Shown: in pieces, positions 29,885-38,303 of the stretch
Layout of the letters: the number at the start of each line of letters is the position of its first letter
Numbering within the stretch: position 1 is the first letter of the stretch
Assembly: GCA_937891125.1 (NCBI GenBank)
Contig: CALAEZ010000009.1
Location: 42,607-106,606, forward strand
DNA length: 64,000 bases
Source: an uncultured Treponema sp.
GTDB lineage: Bacteria; Spirochaetota; Spirochaetia; Treponematales; Treponemataceae
Reading direction: 5' to 3'
Position numbers and translations under genes: made by a program
Notes under the pieces: generated by a model
What the model was told of the DNA's origin: nothing
Seen by the model: only the letters and a program-made list of their open reading frames with translations
The model's database searches: none

Positions 29885-30116
29885 CTGGTCAACCTATGAC
29901 ATGGAAAAAGACGGCCATGCGCCGTGGCTTGTGAAAACCTGCGAAAAAATCATAGGCGCGCTGCGTCAGGCAGGCGGCCTGCCTTCCATCGTCACTACAG
30001 GATACATTACCGTGACAGTCCCTACGCTGGCAGCTCAGGCAGACGTGATGAACGGTCAGCCAGACCGGTCCCCTGACGGATACGTGGCCAATGGCGTTAT
30101 AAAGTTCCTGGACTAA
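29871..30116 (+). CDS. hypothetical protein
   Basis: 81 aa with RBS-like GAAGGTG; ends just before the terminator. Confidence 0.5.
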   Translation: MPTNDWSTYDMEKDGHAPWLVKTCEKIIGALRQAGGLPSIVTTGYITVTVPTLAAQADVMNGQPDRSPDGYVANGVIKFLD

Positions 30117-30129
30117 ATGTTTACTTGGC

Positions 30130-30170
30130 AAAAAATAAAGGGCAGCTTTGCAAAGCTGCCCTTCTTATTT
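30130..30170. terminator. bidirectional terminator
   Basis: AAGGGCAGCTTTGCAAAGCTGCCCTT palindrome with A-run left and T-rich right, between convergent genes. Confidence 0.8.
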
Positions 30171-30498
30171 ACCCTGCGGCAAGCGCGGCCTGCCCGAGCC
30201 GGTTGAAAAACGCGTAATACTGGTCAACAAGGCTGTGCTTGTCATTGCTGCCCAGCGTAACGATGTACGACACGTTGCTTACGGGTATGCGCGTGCACAT
30301 GGGCTTTGACGGGTCAGCAGAGCCTACAGGCAGCTGGCCGAACACGGGGAACGGCACGCCGTCCGTGTCGTACCCGATGGTAAGCGCCTTGTTCAGCAGC
30401 ACAAAGCCGCCGCTGTTTTCTTCTGCCAGCTCTCCGATAAAGCCAAACACGCCGTCAAGCGTCACGACTATGGCTACTTGCTTTTCTTGTTCTTCCAT
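30169..30498 (-). CDS. hypothetical protein
   Basis: 109 aa, downstream of the RuvC-like gene. Confidence 0.65.
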   Translation of the reverse strand: MEEQEKQVAIVVTLDGVFGFIGELAEENSGGFVLLNKALTIGYDTDGVPFPVFGQLPVGSADPSKPMCTRIPVSNVSYIVTLGSNDKHSLVDQYYAFFNRLGQAALAAG

Positions 30499-31061
30499 TC
30501 AGTCACCATCTCCAGTCTGCCGCGCAGCATGGCGCGGTTTGTTTCGTTGCGCAGCACGGCTTCTGCAGGGGCGTTGGCGTACCATGCTGCCTTGGCTAAA
30601 AAATACGCGTCGCATATGTCGCTGGTAAGCTCCTTTTTAGGGAGCTTATAAAGCTCTTGGCATTCCCTGCCGGCCTGCGCCATGACTTCTTCCTTGGTGG
30701 CATGCCCGTGCCCTGTGGCAAAGAGCTTGTTGCTCGACGGAGCTATGAGCATCAGGCTTGATTGCTCCGAGCCGTGCAGCCTGAGCTTGAGCACGCCGCC
30801 AAACTCTGCAAGGGAAAATCCCCTGTGCACGCTGCCGTAGGAATAGTCTTCGTACCCTATGCAGTATTCGCTGGCTGGCGGTTCCATGCAATCTTCCATG
30901 TACAGGCTGAGCCATGTAGCTATCCTGTCGTAGCGGCGTATGGGCTCAAGGCGCTTGTCATCGTAGGCCCTGCCATTGACGCAGCCGCACAGGCTGCCGC
31001 TGCTGTCAAGAACGACAAGCCCAGTGTTTGTTATGCTGGGATCCACGCCTACGAAGTACAT
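30474..31061 (-). CDS. ruvC: RuvC-like Holliday junction resolvase
   Basis: FVGVDPSITNTG, IGYEDY, LAEFGGVLK, KLFATGHGHATKEEV, DICDAYFLA. Confidence 0.85.
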   Translation of the reverse strand: MYFVGVDPSITNTGLVVLDSSGSLCGCVNGRAYDDKRLEPIRRYDRIATWLSLYMEDCMEPPASEYCIGYEDYSYGSVHRGFSLAEFGGVLKLRLHGSEQSSLMLIAPSSNKLFATGHGHATKEEVMAQAGRECQELYKLPKKELTSDICDAYFLAKAAWYANAPAEAVLRNETNRAMLRGRLEMVTEWKNKKSK

Positions 31062-31252
31062 GCCGTCCTCTGCCTGTACGCATTGCCTTCTATCAGGTAC
31101 GCCGTGTTGCCGCATCTGAAGCAGTACCAAATGCCAGGGTCGATGTCTTTGTACCATGCGTTGCAGCCGCATTTGCAGCAGGGCTCCGACGGCCCCCTGT
31201 CCATTCTTTCCCGTTCGATACGGCGTTGCCGTATCTGCTGTATTGTAGCCAT
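31049..31252 (-). CDS. small zinc-ribbon protein
   Basis: CCKCG...WYCFRCG, 67 aa. Confidence 0.6.
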   Translation of the reverse strand: MATIQQIRQRRIERERMDRGPSEPCCKCGCNAWYKDIDPGIWYCFRCGNTAYLIEGNAYRQRTACTS

Positions 31253-31270
31253 TCTGTCCCTTTGCAGCAC

Positions 31271-31473
31271 CTCGCTAATGCATCAGCTGCATGTAGTTTG
31301 CCGATGAAAGGGAAAAAGTTTAATGCTTGTGGGCAGATGCATTGAAAATAGCTAAAAACAAACTGCAATATTTATTCATAGCGTTCTGACATCCTTTACA
31401 TGCAGTTCTGACTATCCATCCTCCTGGCGTGGCCCCATGCGTTGTCTCCTTGCGCACGGGGCCACGTTATTTT
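31271..31473 (-). ncRNA. candidate structured RNA downstream of the RT
   Basis: About 200 nt without a credible ORF; 14-bp hairpin 31428-31466; inverted repeat 31283-31295/31397-31411; direct repeat GTCAGAAC twice; strand and existence unproven. Confidence 0.35.
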
Positions 31474-32679
31474 TTACATAAGCCCAGCTACTGCTCCGCT
31501 AATAAAGCCGACAATGTCCTGCGTATCATCCTTGTATCGGAGAAGAGCTTCCTTCCATGCAGGACTGTATGCGGAAGCAAGCTTTTCACGCTCCGCAGGC
31601 ATCTTTGACAAAAGCCTTGCAAGCGACATGAGCTTTTTCAGCCACCGCCCGTGCCTGTCATTTACGCTGCTGACATATGCCACCTTGCCGCCAAGGATAT
31701 GCATCAGGCGGTCAAGCAGCACAGCTTCGTCATACGAGTCATATACCGGCATTTTTTCCACGCTTTGCAAAAAACGCACGACCTGCTCACGGCTGAGACC
31801 AGACAGGCACAGGTTGAACAGCGTTGCGCGCAAGCTATCAATCATGCCTTTTTCTACGCGTGCCCTGTGATTCAGCACGACGCCCAAAAAACGCTGGTTC
31901 TTCTTTGGGTGGCTGTCGGAAACCGTGGCCCAGTCGTGCGTGCGGAATCCTGCATTCCGCATGATGCCCTTGACGGCTTCCTTGTACTTTTGCGCAAAGC
32001 CTTCGGGCATGTCGCCATAAATGAACAGCTCGACATTATCGCAGTAGCGCACGTACTTGTGCTCCACGCCTTTCAGGTTTTCTTTGAGCCACGCCTGCAC
32101 GGGCACATCTATGTATTTGTAGCCGACTAGGTTTGACAGCGCAGGCGAGGCAGGGCATCCCTGCTGCAGCGTTTGCATGTTGCCGCGCCGCACAACGCAG
32201 TAGCGCGCTATGAGGCGCCCTCCCAGATGGGAAAAGCCGCAGTCGACGAGAGCCCCTTCTATGTGCCTGATGAAGATATGGTCGTAAAAGCCTTTCACAT
32301 CCGTCGCTATGAGAACCTTTGCTCCTGCAAGGCTTTTTATAGCAGCAACGGGGCTTGTGCCGCGGCGGTACGAGTACACGGCTTCGTTGCCCGGCAGTTC
32401 ATCAAGCAATGGCTCCACAAGCAGCCCGATGCGCTCCTGTATGGTATGCAGCCCCATGCGCCTTCTTTGCGGGCGCTCTTCACCATTCTCCTGTTCCAGC
32501 ACAGTGTTAAAGTCATCAGACTTGTACACGGTGCGCTTGCCTAGCCGTATCCTGTGCTGCATGGAATCTCGCTGGTGCAGCACGTAGGCCATGACGTTTG
32601 ACTTCACATTAATTGCGGCGCCAAGCGTGTCCCAGTCGTGTATTGCCTGCCTCGCTGTTTTTGCACAGGATATCTTCAT
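31474..32679 (-). CDS. reverse transcriptase, retron-like, YCDN variant
   Basis: YSYRRGTS, TDVKGFYDHI, LQQGCPASPALSNL, YVRYCDNV, QRFLGVVLN; GAGGAGG RBS. Confidence 0.85.
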   Translation of the reverse strand: MKISCAKTARQAIHDWDTLGAAINVKSNVMAYVLHQRDSMQHRIRLGKRTVYKSDDFNTVLEQENGEERPQRRRMGLHTIQERIGLLVEPLLDELPGNEAVYSYRRGTSPVAAIKSLAGAKVLIATDVKGFYDHIFIRHIEGALVDCGFSHLGGRLIARYCVVRRGNMQTLQQGCPASPALSNLVGYKYIDVPVQAWLKENLKGVEHKYVRYCDNVELFIYGDMPEGFAQKYKEAVKGIMRNAGFRTHDWATVSDSHPKKNQRFLGVVLNHRARVEKGMIDSLRATLFNLCLSGLSREQVVRFLQSVEKMPVYDSYDEAVLLDRLMHILGGKVAYVSSVNDRHGRWLKKLMSLARLLSKMPAEREKLASAYSPAWKEALLRYKDDTQDIVGFISGAVAGLM

Positions 32680-33308
32680 TCTGCAACCTCCTCGGCGGTG
32701 TCAATTGTCTTTTCAAACACCTTGCAAGCGTCAAGAATTGCTCTTGCGTTACATTCCATTGCAACGTCTCTCACGGTAAGATTCACTGTTGGACACGTCA
32801 TCCTGTCGGTAATGACGCGTCCGCCTGCAAAGACGTCAACCACATTGCTATGCTTGTACACGGACTTTGTGTGGGTCCAGCCATAACCACTGGAAAAAAT
32901 ATCCAGTCCTCGGCACGACAGGTGTGCGTTCCCATGCACATATAAGGGCGCAACAAGGTAGTTCTGGCTAAACAGCGTGCTCAGCACACGCCTGGTTCTT
33001 GGCTTTAGTTCAAAAAGGGGGGTGCCTTTGCTCCAAATCACAAGAGCTGCAGGAAACATGTCCGCAAGAGCAGCCCTGTGTTCCTCGTAGCCTTTGACGG
33101 GCGTAAAGCACAGCCTGCGCTTGCAGAATCTCGCAGAATGGAGATGCGCGGTTTCCCAGTCATCCTCATCAAGGGTAACGCGCGTAACAAGGCTGTCCTT
33201 GTAGTTTTTATGGACGAGGCTGTTTACTGCCTCGTCAATAGACTTAGCCTTTGCAGGCGTGCTTAGTCCTGCGCTGCTGAAGAGTTTCTCTTCCGAAAAT
33301 AATTCCAC
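32676..33308 (-). CDS. hypothetical RT partner protein
   Basis: AAGGAG RBS before GTG 33308; stop overlaps the RT ATG (ATGA); 210 aa. Confidence 0.7.
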   Translation of the reverse strand: MELFSEEKLFSSAGLSTPAKAKSIDEAVNSLVHKNYKDSLVTRVTLDEDDWETAHLHSARFCKRRLCFTPVKGYEEHRAALADMFPAALVIWSKGTPLFELKPRTRRVLSTLFSQNYLVAPLYVHGNAHLSCRGLDIFSSGYGWTHTKSVYKHSNVVDVFAGGRVITDRMTCPTVNLTVRDVAMECNARAILDACKVFEKTIDTAEEVAE

Positions 33309-33368
33309 TTGATTCTCCTTTGCGGCCAAGCCGCCTTTTACATTGATACATAGGTGTTTCACCAACGC

Positions 33369-33377
33369 CTTATACCA
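33369..33377 (-). promoter_or_regulatory. TGnTATAAG extended -10-like promoter of the RT operon
   Basis: Same motif on (-) at 40096, 41003, 43178, 43890, 46276, 55286, 59118, 62454, each upstream of a gene start. Confidence 0.65.
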
Positions 33378-33452
33378 TCCATGCGGCGTTAATTTTGTGC
33401 CTGCTTCAAGCAACCTTTAGGAAAACACAACCATTTCCGGAGATTTCCCACT

Positions 33453-34445
33453 ATGAAATTGCTCGACCAGCGCACGGACATTTCCCGCGCTTTTCTGGTG
33501 AAAACAGCCAGCAGGCTGCATGATAAAGAACTTGCCTCAAACCTGTTGAAAATCGCTGAAAAAAGCCCAGACGACGCTGGCGGCTTTTCCTGCTACGCCT
33601 GTGAAGACGGCATGCTTTTTCCCGTGGACAGCAAGGAGCAAACCATGCTCTCGCGCCTGTACTTTAATGGGCAGCGCGGAATGTTCACGGAGAAGACTGC
33701 TGCGGCAATTGACAGCACGCTCTCCGTGTATGAGCAGCTCTACGGCATAGAAGGCGACTTCAGCCTTGCAGGCTTGTGCAAGACAGCATCCGCAGAAACG
33801 CACGAGCTTTTGCCCGGGTACAGCGTGCGCGGAACTGCAGGGCTCAAGCGTGCAGAGCGTGAATTCATGGAAAAGCAGGCAAAAATGTCCATACAGGACA
33901 GGGTGGAGTTCTCCTCGAACTTTATAAAGGCGGCCAGCGACAACGGCCTTGGCGTTCCAGAAGACATTGCCAGGTACGGCGGCAGCTATTCGTGTGACTT
34001 TGACCGGCTGCAGAGCGCCTTGCGCCTGCGCAAGATAGCGTCAAAGCGCGCAGGCAAGGATGGCGCACCGTTTGACAAGCTCGCCTCCGAAATAAAGAGC
34101 GATTTTATCAAGACCGCCTCGCAGGAAGACCTTGCAGGACTCGCCGGGCGCATACAAAGGCTGGACGAAGGCTTTGGCTTTGATTCCCCGTGGTACGACA
34201 GCCGCATGCCCAACGCTTGGCAGGCCGTGTTCAACGTAAAGACAGCAGAAGAAACCTCCCCTGGGGATTCCAGCAATAAAAGCAAAAGCCCAGAGAGCAT
34301 GACGAAGGCTGATGTTGTTGCGCGGTTCGGCGAAGATGCCCTTGACGAAATAGAAAATGAGAATGGCGACATAGACTACGGCAAGCTCAAGGAAATCATC
34401 AAGCTCTTCGGCGGGGACGACGGGCATGGCAAAGACCGAAACTAA
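33453..34445 (+). CDS. putative head/internal virion protein with K-x-A(S) repeats
   Basis: 330 aa; KTAS three times plus KIAS, KLAS, KAAS, KTAA, KTAE; candidate late motif at 33411. Confidence 0.55.
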   Translation: MKLLDQRTDISRAFLVKTASRLHDKELASNLLKIAEKSPDDAGGFSCYACEDGMLFPVDSKEQTMLSRLYFNGQRGMFTEKTAAAIDSTLSVYEQLYGIEGDFSLAGLCKTASAETHELLPGYSVRGTAGLKRAEREFMEKQAKMSIQDRVEFSSNFIKAASDNGLGVPEDIARYGGSYSCDFDRLQSALRLRKIASKRAGKDGAPFDKLASEIKSDFIKTASQEDLAGLAGRIQRLDEGFGFDSPWYDSRMPNAWQAVFNVKTAEETSPGDSSNKSKSPESMTKADVVARFGEDALDEIENENGDIDYGKLKEIIKLFGGDDGHGKDRN

Positions 34446-35349
34446 CGCAAACACCATACTCGCCGCGCATCCCGTAGAACTGTACATGGCGCTGGACATG
34501 GCCTTTGACGGCGACAACTGGCTCGAATGGGAGCCTGAGACCGTGCTCATGTCCCTTGCAGACAACGAAGTGCCAGACAGGGCTGCGGACAAAGTGCTCG
34601 CCGTGCACGCCGTGGCCGCAAACTCGTCCATGGTGCTGTCCAGCGCAAACGCCTTTGAAAAGGTAGTGATGGCTTTTTGCAACAACGTCTGCGTAATGGA
34701 CGAGCATCAGGAGCCGTTTCTCGAAGAAGTGTGCTACGCAACAGCGCAGATGCGGCAGATCATTAAGCTCGCGCACCCGTCGGACGGCGACAAGGCGGAG
34801 TTTCACAGCGAGGTTCCCGGATATGTTGCCGCCGTCGCAAAATTCCGCGGATGGTTTGTGCTGCCTGAAAGCCTGTCTTTTGCGCAGGACGCCCTGAACA
34901 GCCTGTGCAATCTTGAAGAGGGCTCAGCCCTGCGCAAGGAGCACGAGAGCGTTATTCATGCCGTAGAAGCCCTGTACCGCGAAATGAAAACGCGCGATGC
35001 AGAAGAGCTGCTCAGCAGCGGCGAAGTGGAAAGCCTTGCCAAGGACGACGTTGGCAGCGTGCTCACCAAGCGCATCATTGGCGCCCTGCTGTACGACCCG
35101 ACGCTGCCGTACAAGGACACGCAGAAGACAGCGGCGTACAAGCAGATTAAAAGCGTGGCTGACCTTGCCCGTGACGCAACAAACCCTGTGGCTGCGAGCA
35201 AAAAGGTGCAGTCCCGCATTGCCGTGCCTCCTCTGCAAAACCCTGGCACTCCTGCGCAGCGGGCAAAGAACCGCATTGCGGGAAGCGGCGTGCGCCCAGG
35301 CGGAGGCAATGCGTACAGCAATGGCAGGCCCACAAGCGTGTACGTATGA
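34426..35349 (+). CDS. hypothetical protein (probable virion)
   Basis: 307 aa overlapping the previous gene; WLEWEPET motif. Confidence 0.6.
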   Translation: MAKTETNANTILAAHPVELYMALDMAFDGDNWLEWEPETVLMSLADNEVPDRAADKVLAVHAVAANSSMVLSSANAFEKVVMAFCNNVCVMDEHQEPFLEEVCYATAQMRQIIKLAHPSDGDKAEFHSEVPGYVAAVAKFRGWFVLPESLSFAQDALNSLCNLEEGSALRKEHESVIHAVEALYREMKTRDAEELLSSGEVESLAKDDVGSVLTKRIIGALLYDPTLPYKDTQKTAAYKQIKSVADLARDATNPVAASKKVQSRIAVPPLQNPGTPAQRAKNRIAGSGVRPGGGNAYSNGRPTSVYV

Positions 35350-35957
35350 TAACGAAAACAGGGACGATGTTTATCAAAGAGGCTGCAAGGAATACGGCCG
35401 GGCTTCAAGCACTTGAAAATCGCCTTGTGCAGTTTCAAAATAATCCTGATGCGCTGGACAACGAGCCTGAGATGGAAATATCCCTTGGTACTTTACCTGG
35501 AAGCACTATTAATGGCATACGAAAAATGTATGGTTTGCCAGAAGATTTTTCAGGAGATGGAACTTGGTATGTAAATAATAATTCTGTAAAGCATATAATT
35601 AATGAGCACATATCTCCTCGTAGGAGAAGAAGAAAAACTGTAATGACGCCACAAGAGGCTGTATATTATGCTGGTTCTCTTGTTGATGCCGGTGATAACA
35701 AAGACTTAGATTATAATTTTGAGTACTCAGAAGATAAAAATACTCCTGGAAAAACACGGCGTGATTTTCTTGCATGGAACGGTAATTTTAAACTCCCACC
35801 TACAACGGAAGTTTCCTATGCTGCTGTACGTAACCCAGAAACAGGGAAATTGAGAATACATTCGCTGTATCATAGAAGCTTAGATAACATAGAAAACAAG
35901 TTTAAAAATCCTGCATACACATTGCCAGAAAACCCTATTTTTGTTGATCCTGATTAG
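35346..35957 (+). CDS. putative nuclease-like effector (PBECR/MuF C-terminal-like)
   Basis: VKHIINEH and LRIHSLY motifs; AT-rich body; ATGA-coupled. Confidence 0.4.
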   Translation: MITKTGTMFIKEAARNTAGLQALENRLVQFQNNPDALDNEPEMEISLGTLPGSTINGIRKMYGLPEDFSGDGTWYVNNNSVKHIINEHISPRRRRRKTVMTPQEAVYYAGSLVDAGDNKDLDYNFEYSEDKNTPGKTRRDFLAWNGNFKLPPTTEVSYAAVRNPETGKLRIHSLYHRSLDNIENKFKNPAYTLPENPIFVDPD

Positions 35958-35994
35958 CTAAAAAATGCCCGGATAATTTTCCGGGCAGTTTTAT
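35957..35994. terminator. bidirectional terminator
   Basis: TGCCCGGA...TCCGGGCA stem with flanking A/T runs between convergent genes. Confidence 0.75.
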
Positions 35995-36273
35995 TCACGG
36001 TATGTATGCGTATCCTCCAGCAACCTTAGGATTATTTTCTGAAACCCTGCAAAATTCAATAAGCACATAAGAATTATCTTTAAACATTATTATTGTTCTT
36101 GGTGCTTCTTCCTTTCTCATCTTAAATCCATCGAATTTCCCCATGTACCAGTTTGAGCTTACTACGTCGTCTAAATACCCAAGAGCAAAAATAAGTTCTT
36201 CTACGCTATCCCAGTCATTTGTCGAAACATAAGCTTCGAAATCTTCCTTAAACTCTTCCGCCATCGTAGTCAT
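35995..36273 (-). CDS. small acidic hypothetical protein
   Basis: GGAGG RBS, 92 aa, AT-rich. Confidence 0.65.
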   Translation of the reverse strand: MTTMAEEFKEDFEAYVSTNDWDSVEELIFALGYLDDVVSSNWYMGKFDGFKMRKEEAPRTIIMFKDNSYVLIEFCRVSENNPKVAGGYAYIP

Positions 36274-36366
36274 AGTTGCCTCCGTAACCAAGTTTAATGC
36301 ATGGCGGCGCGCCATGCAAGCATAGCAAAACGGACAAAACCGTTTTGCTATGCCGATGCCGCTGCA

Positions 36367-36555
36367 TCAAAACTCCCGCATATGCCCCTGCTCGCCAGTA
36401 ATACTGATGGGCGTTGGCGGAGATACCCATTCTTCATCCTGCCAGTCGATGTCACTGCTTTTGGCAATGCGCATGGCCTCCTCCATGCTGTCCGCCTCGA
36501 CCTCTGCGTAAACGCGTGCCGCCTCAAGCGCGGCGCTAATGATGAACTTAGCCAT
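36367..36555 (-). CDS. small protein, EA.S.EEA family (DpnD/PcfM-like)
   Basis: VEADSMEEAMRIA; GGAGG RBS. Confidence 0.6.
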   Translation of the reverse strand: MAKFIISAALEAARVYAEVEADSMEEAMRIAKSSDIDWQDEEWVSPPTPISITGEQGHMREF

Positions 36556-36556
36556 A

Positions 36557-36919
36557 TCACATCCTCCCGTCTGGCGCGATATATATTTCGCCTTCGCAGA
36601 GAGTTACTTTCTGCGGGTCGAACGGTTCAACCGCCACATCGAGCGACGGCGCCAAGTGGTAAAGGAACCTTTCCGATCCGTCATACTCCTGGCGTGAGAA
36701 CCACGACCCGTCTTTCATCACAACGACAAGCGAGGCGTCAATATTCTGCAAGCCATAGCAAGCCTCATATGCCACGCGGTCGGCATAGGCAAGGAATGAT
36801 TCCACATCGACGTAAAACTCCCTGCCATGTTCATCATGCACAACTACATGATGTACTTCTTCCGGGATATAGTTGTGCGCACGGAGATTGTAGCGCAGTT
36901 CTTCTCCAAGATTAGTCAT
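36557..36919 (-). CDS. hypothetical phage protein
   Basis: 120 aa; DGSWFSRQEYDGSE; GGAGG RBS. Confidence 0.7.
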   Translation of the reverse strand: MTNLGEELRYNLRAHNYIPEEVHHVVVHDEHGREFYVDVESFLAYADRVAYEACYGLQNIDASLVVVMKDGSWFSRQEYDGSERFLYHLAPSLDVAVEPFDPQKVTLCEGEIYIAPDGRM

Positions 36920-36921
36920 CT

Positions 36922-37287
36922 TTACATCCTCCCAAAGTTATAGATTTTTCTTGTGTCGCCAAACTCAAGGCCAATGTTTCTGAGCCACACCCAGCCACCG
37001 TCATACCAATGCAGTTCATCACTGGAGTACCCCGCCTTGAGGATAGCGTCAGTGACTGCTTCCTCGGCTGAGTTGCACTTGCCAGAGCATACCCACCCGA
37101 CTTCGCTCCACGGCACAACCTGGTGAAGCAGGCAGACAAAGTATTTGCCTTTCCTGTACACCTCTGCGTTGATGTGTCCTATGTCGCATGCGAGTATATA
37201 CCCGCCGTACAGGCTGCTGCTCTTTATCTCGTTGAGAGACACAAGCTTGTTCTTTAGGAATTTTTCTCCGTCAAACTCTATGCTCAT
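36922..37287 (-). CDS. hypothetical protein
   Basis: GAGGAGG RBS; packed in a (-) gene run. Confidence 0.65.
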   Translation of the reverse strand: MSIEFDGEKFLKNKLVSLNEIKSSSLYGGYILACDIGHINAEVYRKGKYFVCLLHQVVPWSEVGWVCSGKCNSAEEAVTDAILKAGYSSDELHWYDGGWVWLRNIGLEFGDTRKIYNFGRM

Positions 37288-37288
37288 G

Positions 37289-37555
37289 CTATACCTCCTC
37301 TGCAAGCATCGCCAGTTCCTCTGGCGCGAGTTCCACTTCCATGCTGCCATCGCCTTCCCTGTTCCATATGTATTTGCCAGACTTTATGCGCCCGTCATCA
37401 TCGGTGATTATGTCAACGTAGATGGTCGGCCCGCCATAGGTAACGTCAAGCTGCACATGCCGCTCGACATTCCTGCCGCAGAAGGCATCGGGATTGCCAT
37501 CCAGATACTCGCGAAGCGTATCATTCTTCATGCGTTCCAGCGTAGCGTAGTCCAT
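37289..37555 (-). CDS. hypothetical protein
   Basis: 88 aa; TYGGPTIYVD; GGAGG RBS. Confidence 0.65.
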   Translation of the reverse strand: MDYATLERMKNDTLREYLDGNPDAFCGRNVERHVQLDVTYGGPTIYVDIITDDDGRIKSGKYIWNREGDGSMEVELAPEELAMLAEEV

Positions 37556-37842
37556 TACAGTCCCTCCGCGTTCCGTATTTCATAGTCCTTGTAATCTGCC
37601 CATGTTTCCTTGGCCCAATACTTGATTGATCTGCGCGATATGGCAGGCATGTCGGAATTGTAGCGCCAGCCGAGGAAGCCGCGGACAAACGCGCTTTGTA
37701 TGAGTATGTTTTTGCTATGTTCATCGCTCCATTTTTCTTCCCATGCCTGCTTGCACAGGCTGGAGACCATCTTTTTCAATGTGGCGTCATTGTTGAGCCA
37801 GTTACGCGCCTCGTGATAGGCATATGTTTCCGTATGTTTCAT
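37555..37842 (-). CDS. hypothetical protein
   Basis: Coupled to both neighbours. Confidence 0.6.
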   Translation of the reverse strand: MKHTETYAYHEARNWLNNDATLKKMVSSLCKQAWEEKWSDEHSKNILIQSAFVRGFLGWRYNSDMPAISRRSIKYWAKETWADYKDYEIRNAEGL

Positions 37843-38066
37843 GCCCGTATCTCCCATTCATTGCTGAAAATGTCGTCATTAGTCGGAGCGAACGGCTCAG
37901 AAAGTATGTTTGTACGCCCTTCCCACTCCGTTATGCGAACGGAGTACAAGCGATTACTATATATGACGATGCGATTCTTGCCCGTCGTCATGTACGGACG
38001 CTCGTCAATATCAAGGGCAGGGTCTGTTACATTGCGCAGCTCTGCCACAGCGTCGATGATAATCAT
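37839..38066 (-). CDS. hypothetical protein
   Basis: 75 aa; terminal PTNDDIFSNEWEI. Confidence 0.6.
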   Translation of the reverse strand: MIIIDAVAELRNVTDPALDIDERPYMTTGKNRIVIYSNRLYSVRITEWEGRTNILSEPFAPTNDDIFSNEWEIRA

Positions 38067-38303
38067 TCAACAACCCCTCACGTTCATCGTCCAGCGGTTT
38101 GCACCGCGCTTTTCAGGATGGTAGCGCCATATTATAGACGCCTTGCCATCTTCAGACTGATCAATGACGACCAAATCCACACCCTTGCCCGCAGCATTGA
38201 GCATGGCGACGCCAAACTTCTTCGCGTCACCAATGCTCTCAACGGTTTTTGACACGGCTTGCCAGAGATAGTCGCCGCCGCGCCACAGTTTGATAATAAT
38301 CAT
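38067..38303 (-). CDS. hypothetical protein
   Basis: 78 aa, RBS, coupled. Confidence 0.6.
   Translation of the reverse strand: MIIIKLWRGGDYLWQAVSKTVESIGDAKKFGVAMLNAAGKGVDLVVIDQSEDGKASIIWRYHPEKRGANRWTMNVRGC

Noticed and set aside
31396..31419. Mini-ORF MDSQNCM on (-) after AGGAGG
   Set aside because: Seven codons with the ATG directly abutting the RBS-like sequence; unlikely to be translated
31474..32679. Group II intron
   Set aside because: No maturase or endonuclease domain, no interrupted gene, and flanks too short for intron RNA
24321..33413. Diversity-generating retroelement using the RT on tail fibres
   Set aside because: No template/variable repeat pair with adenine-specific mismatches seen; the FGF duplication at about 28520-28730 is an ordinary protein repeat. 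A target outside the window cannot be excluded.
33309..33413. N-terminal extension of the RT partner ORF, or an upstream retron msr-msd
   Set aside because: Contains the promoter motif and a good RBS for GTG 33308; the ~55-nt leader is too short for msr-msd
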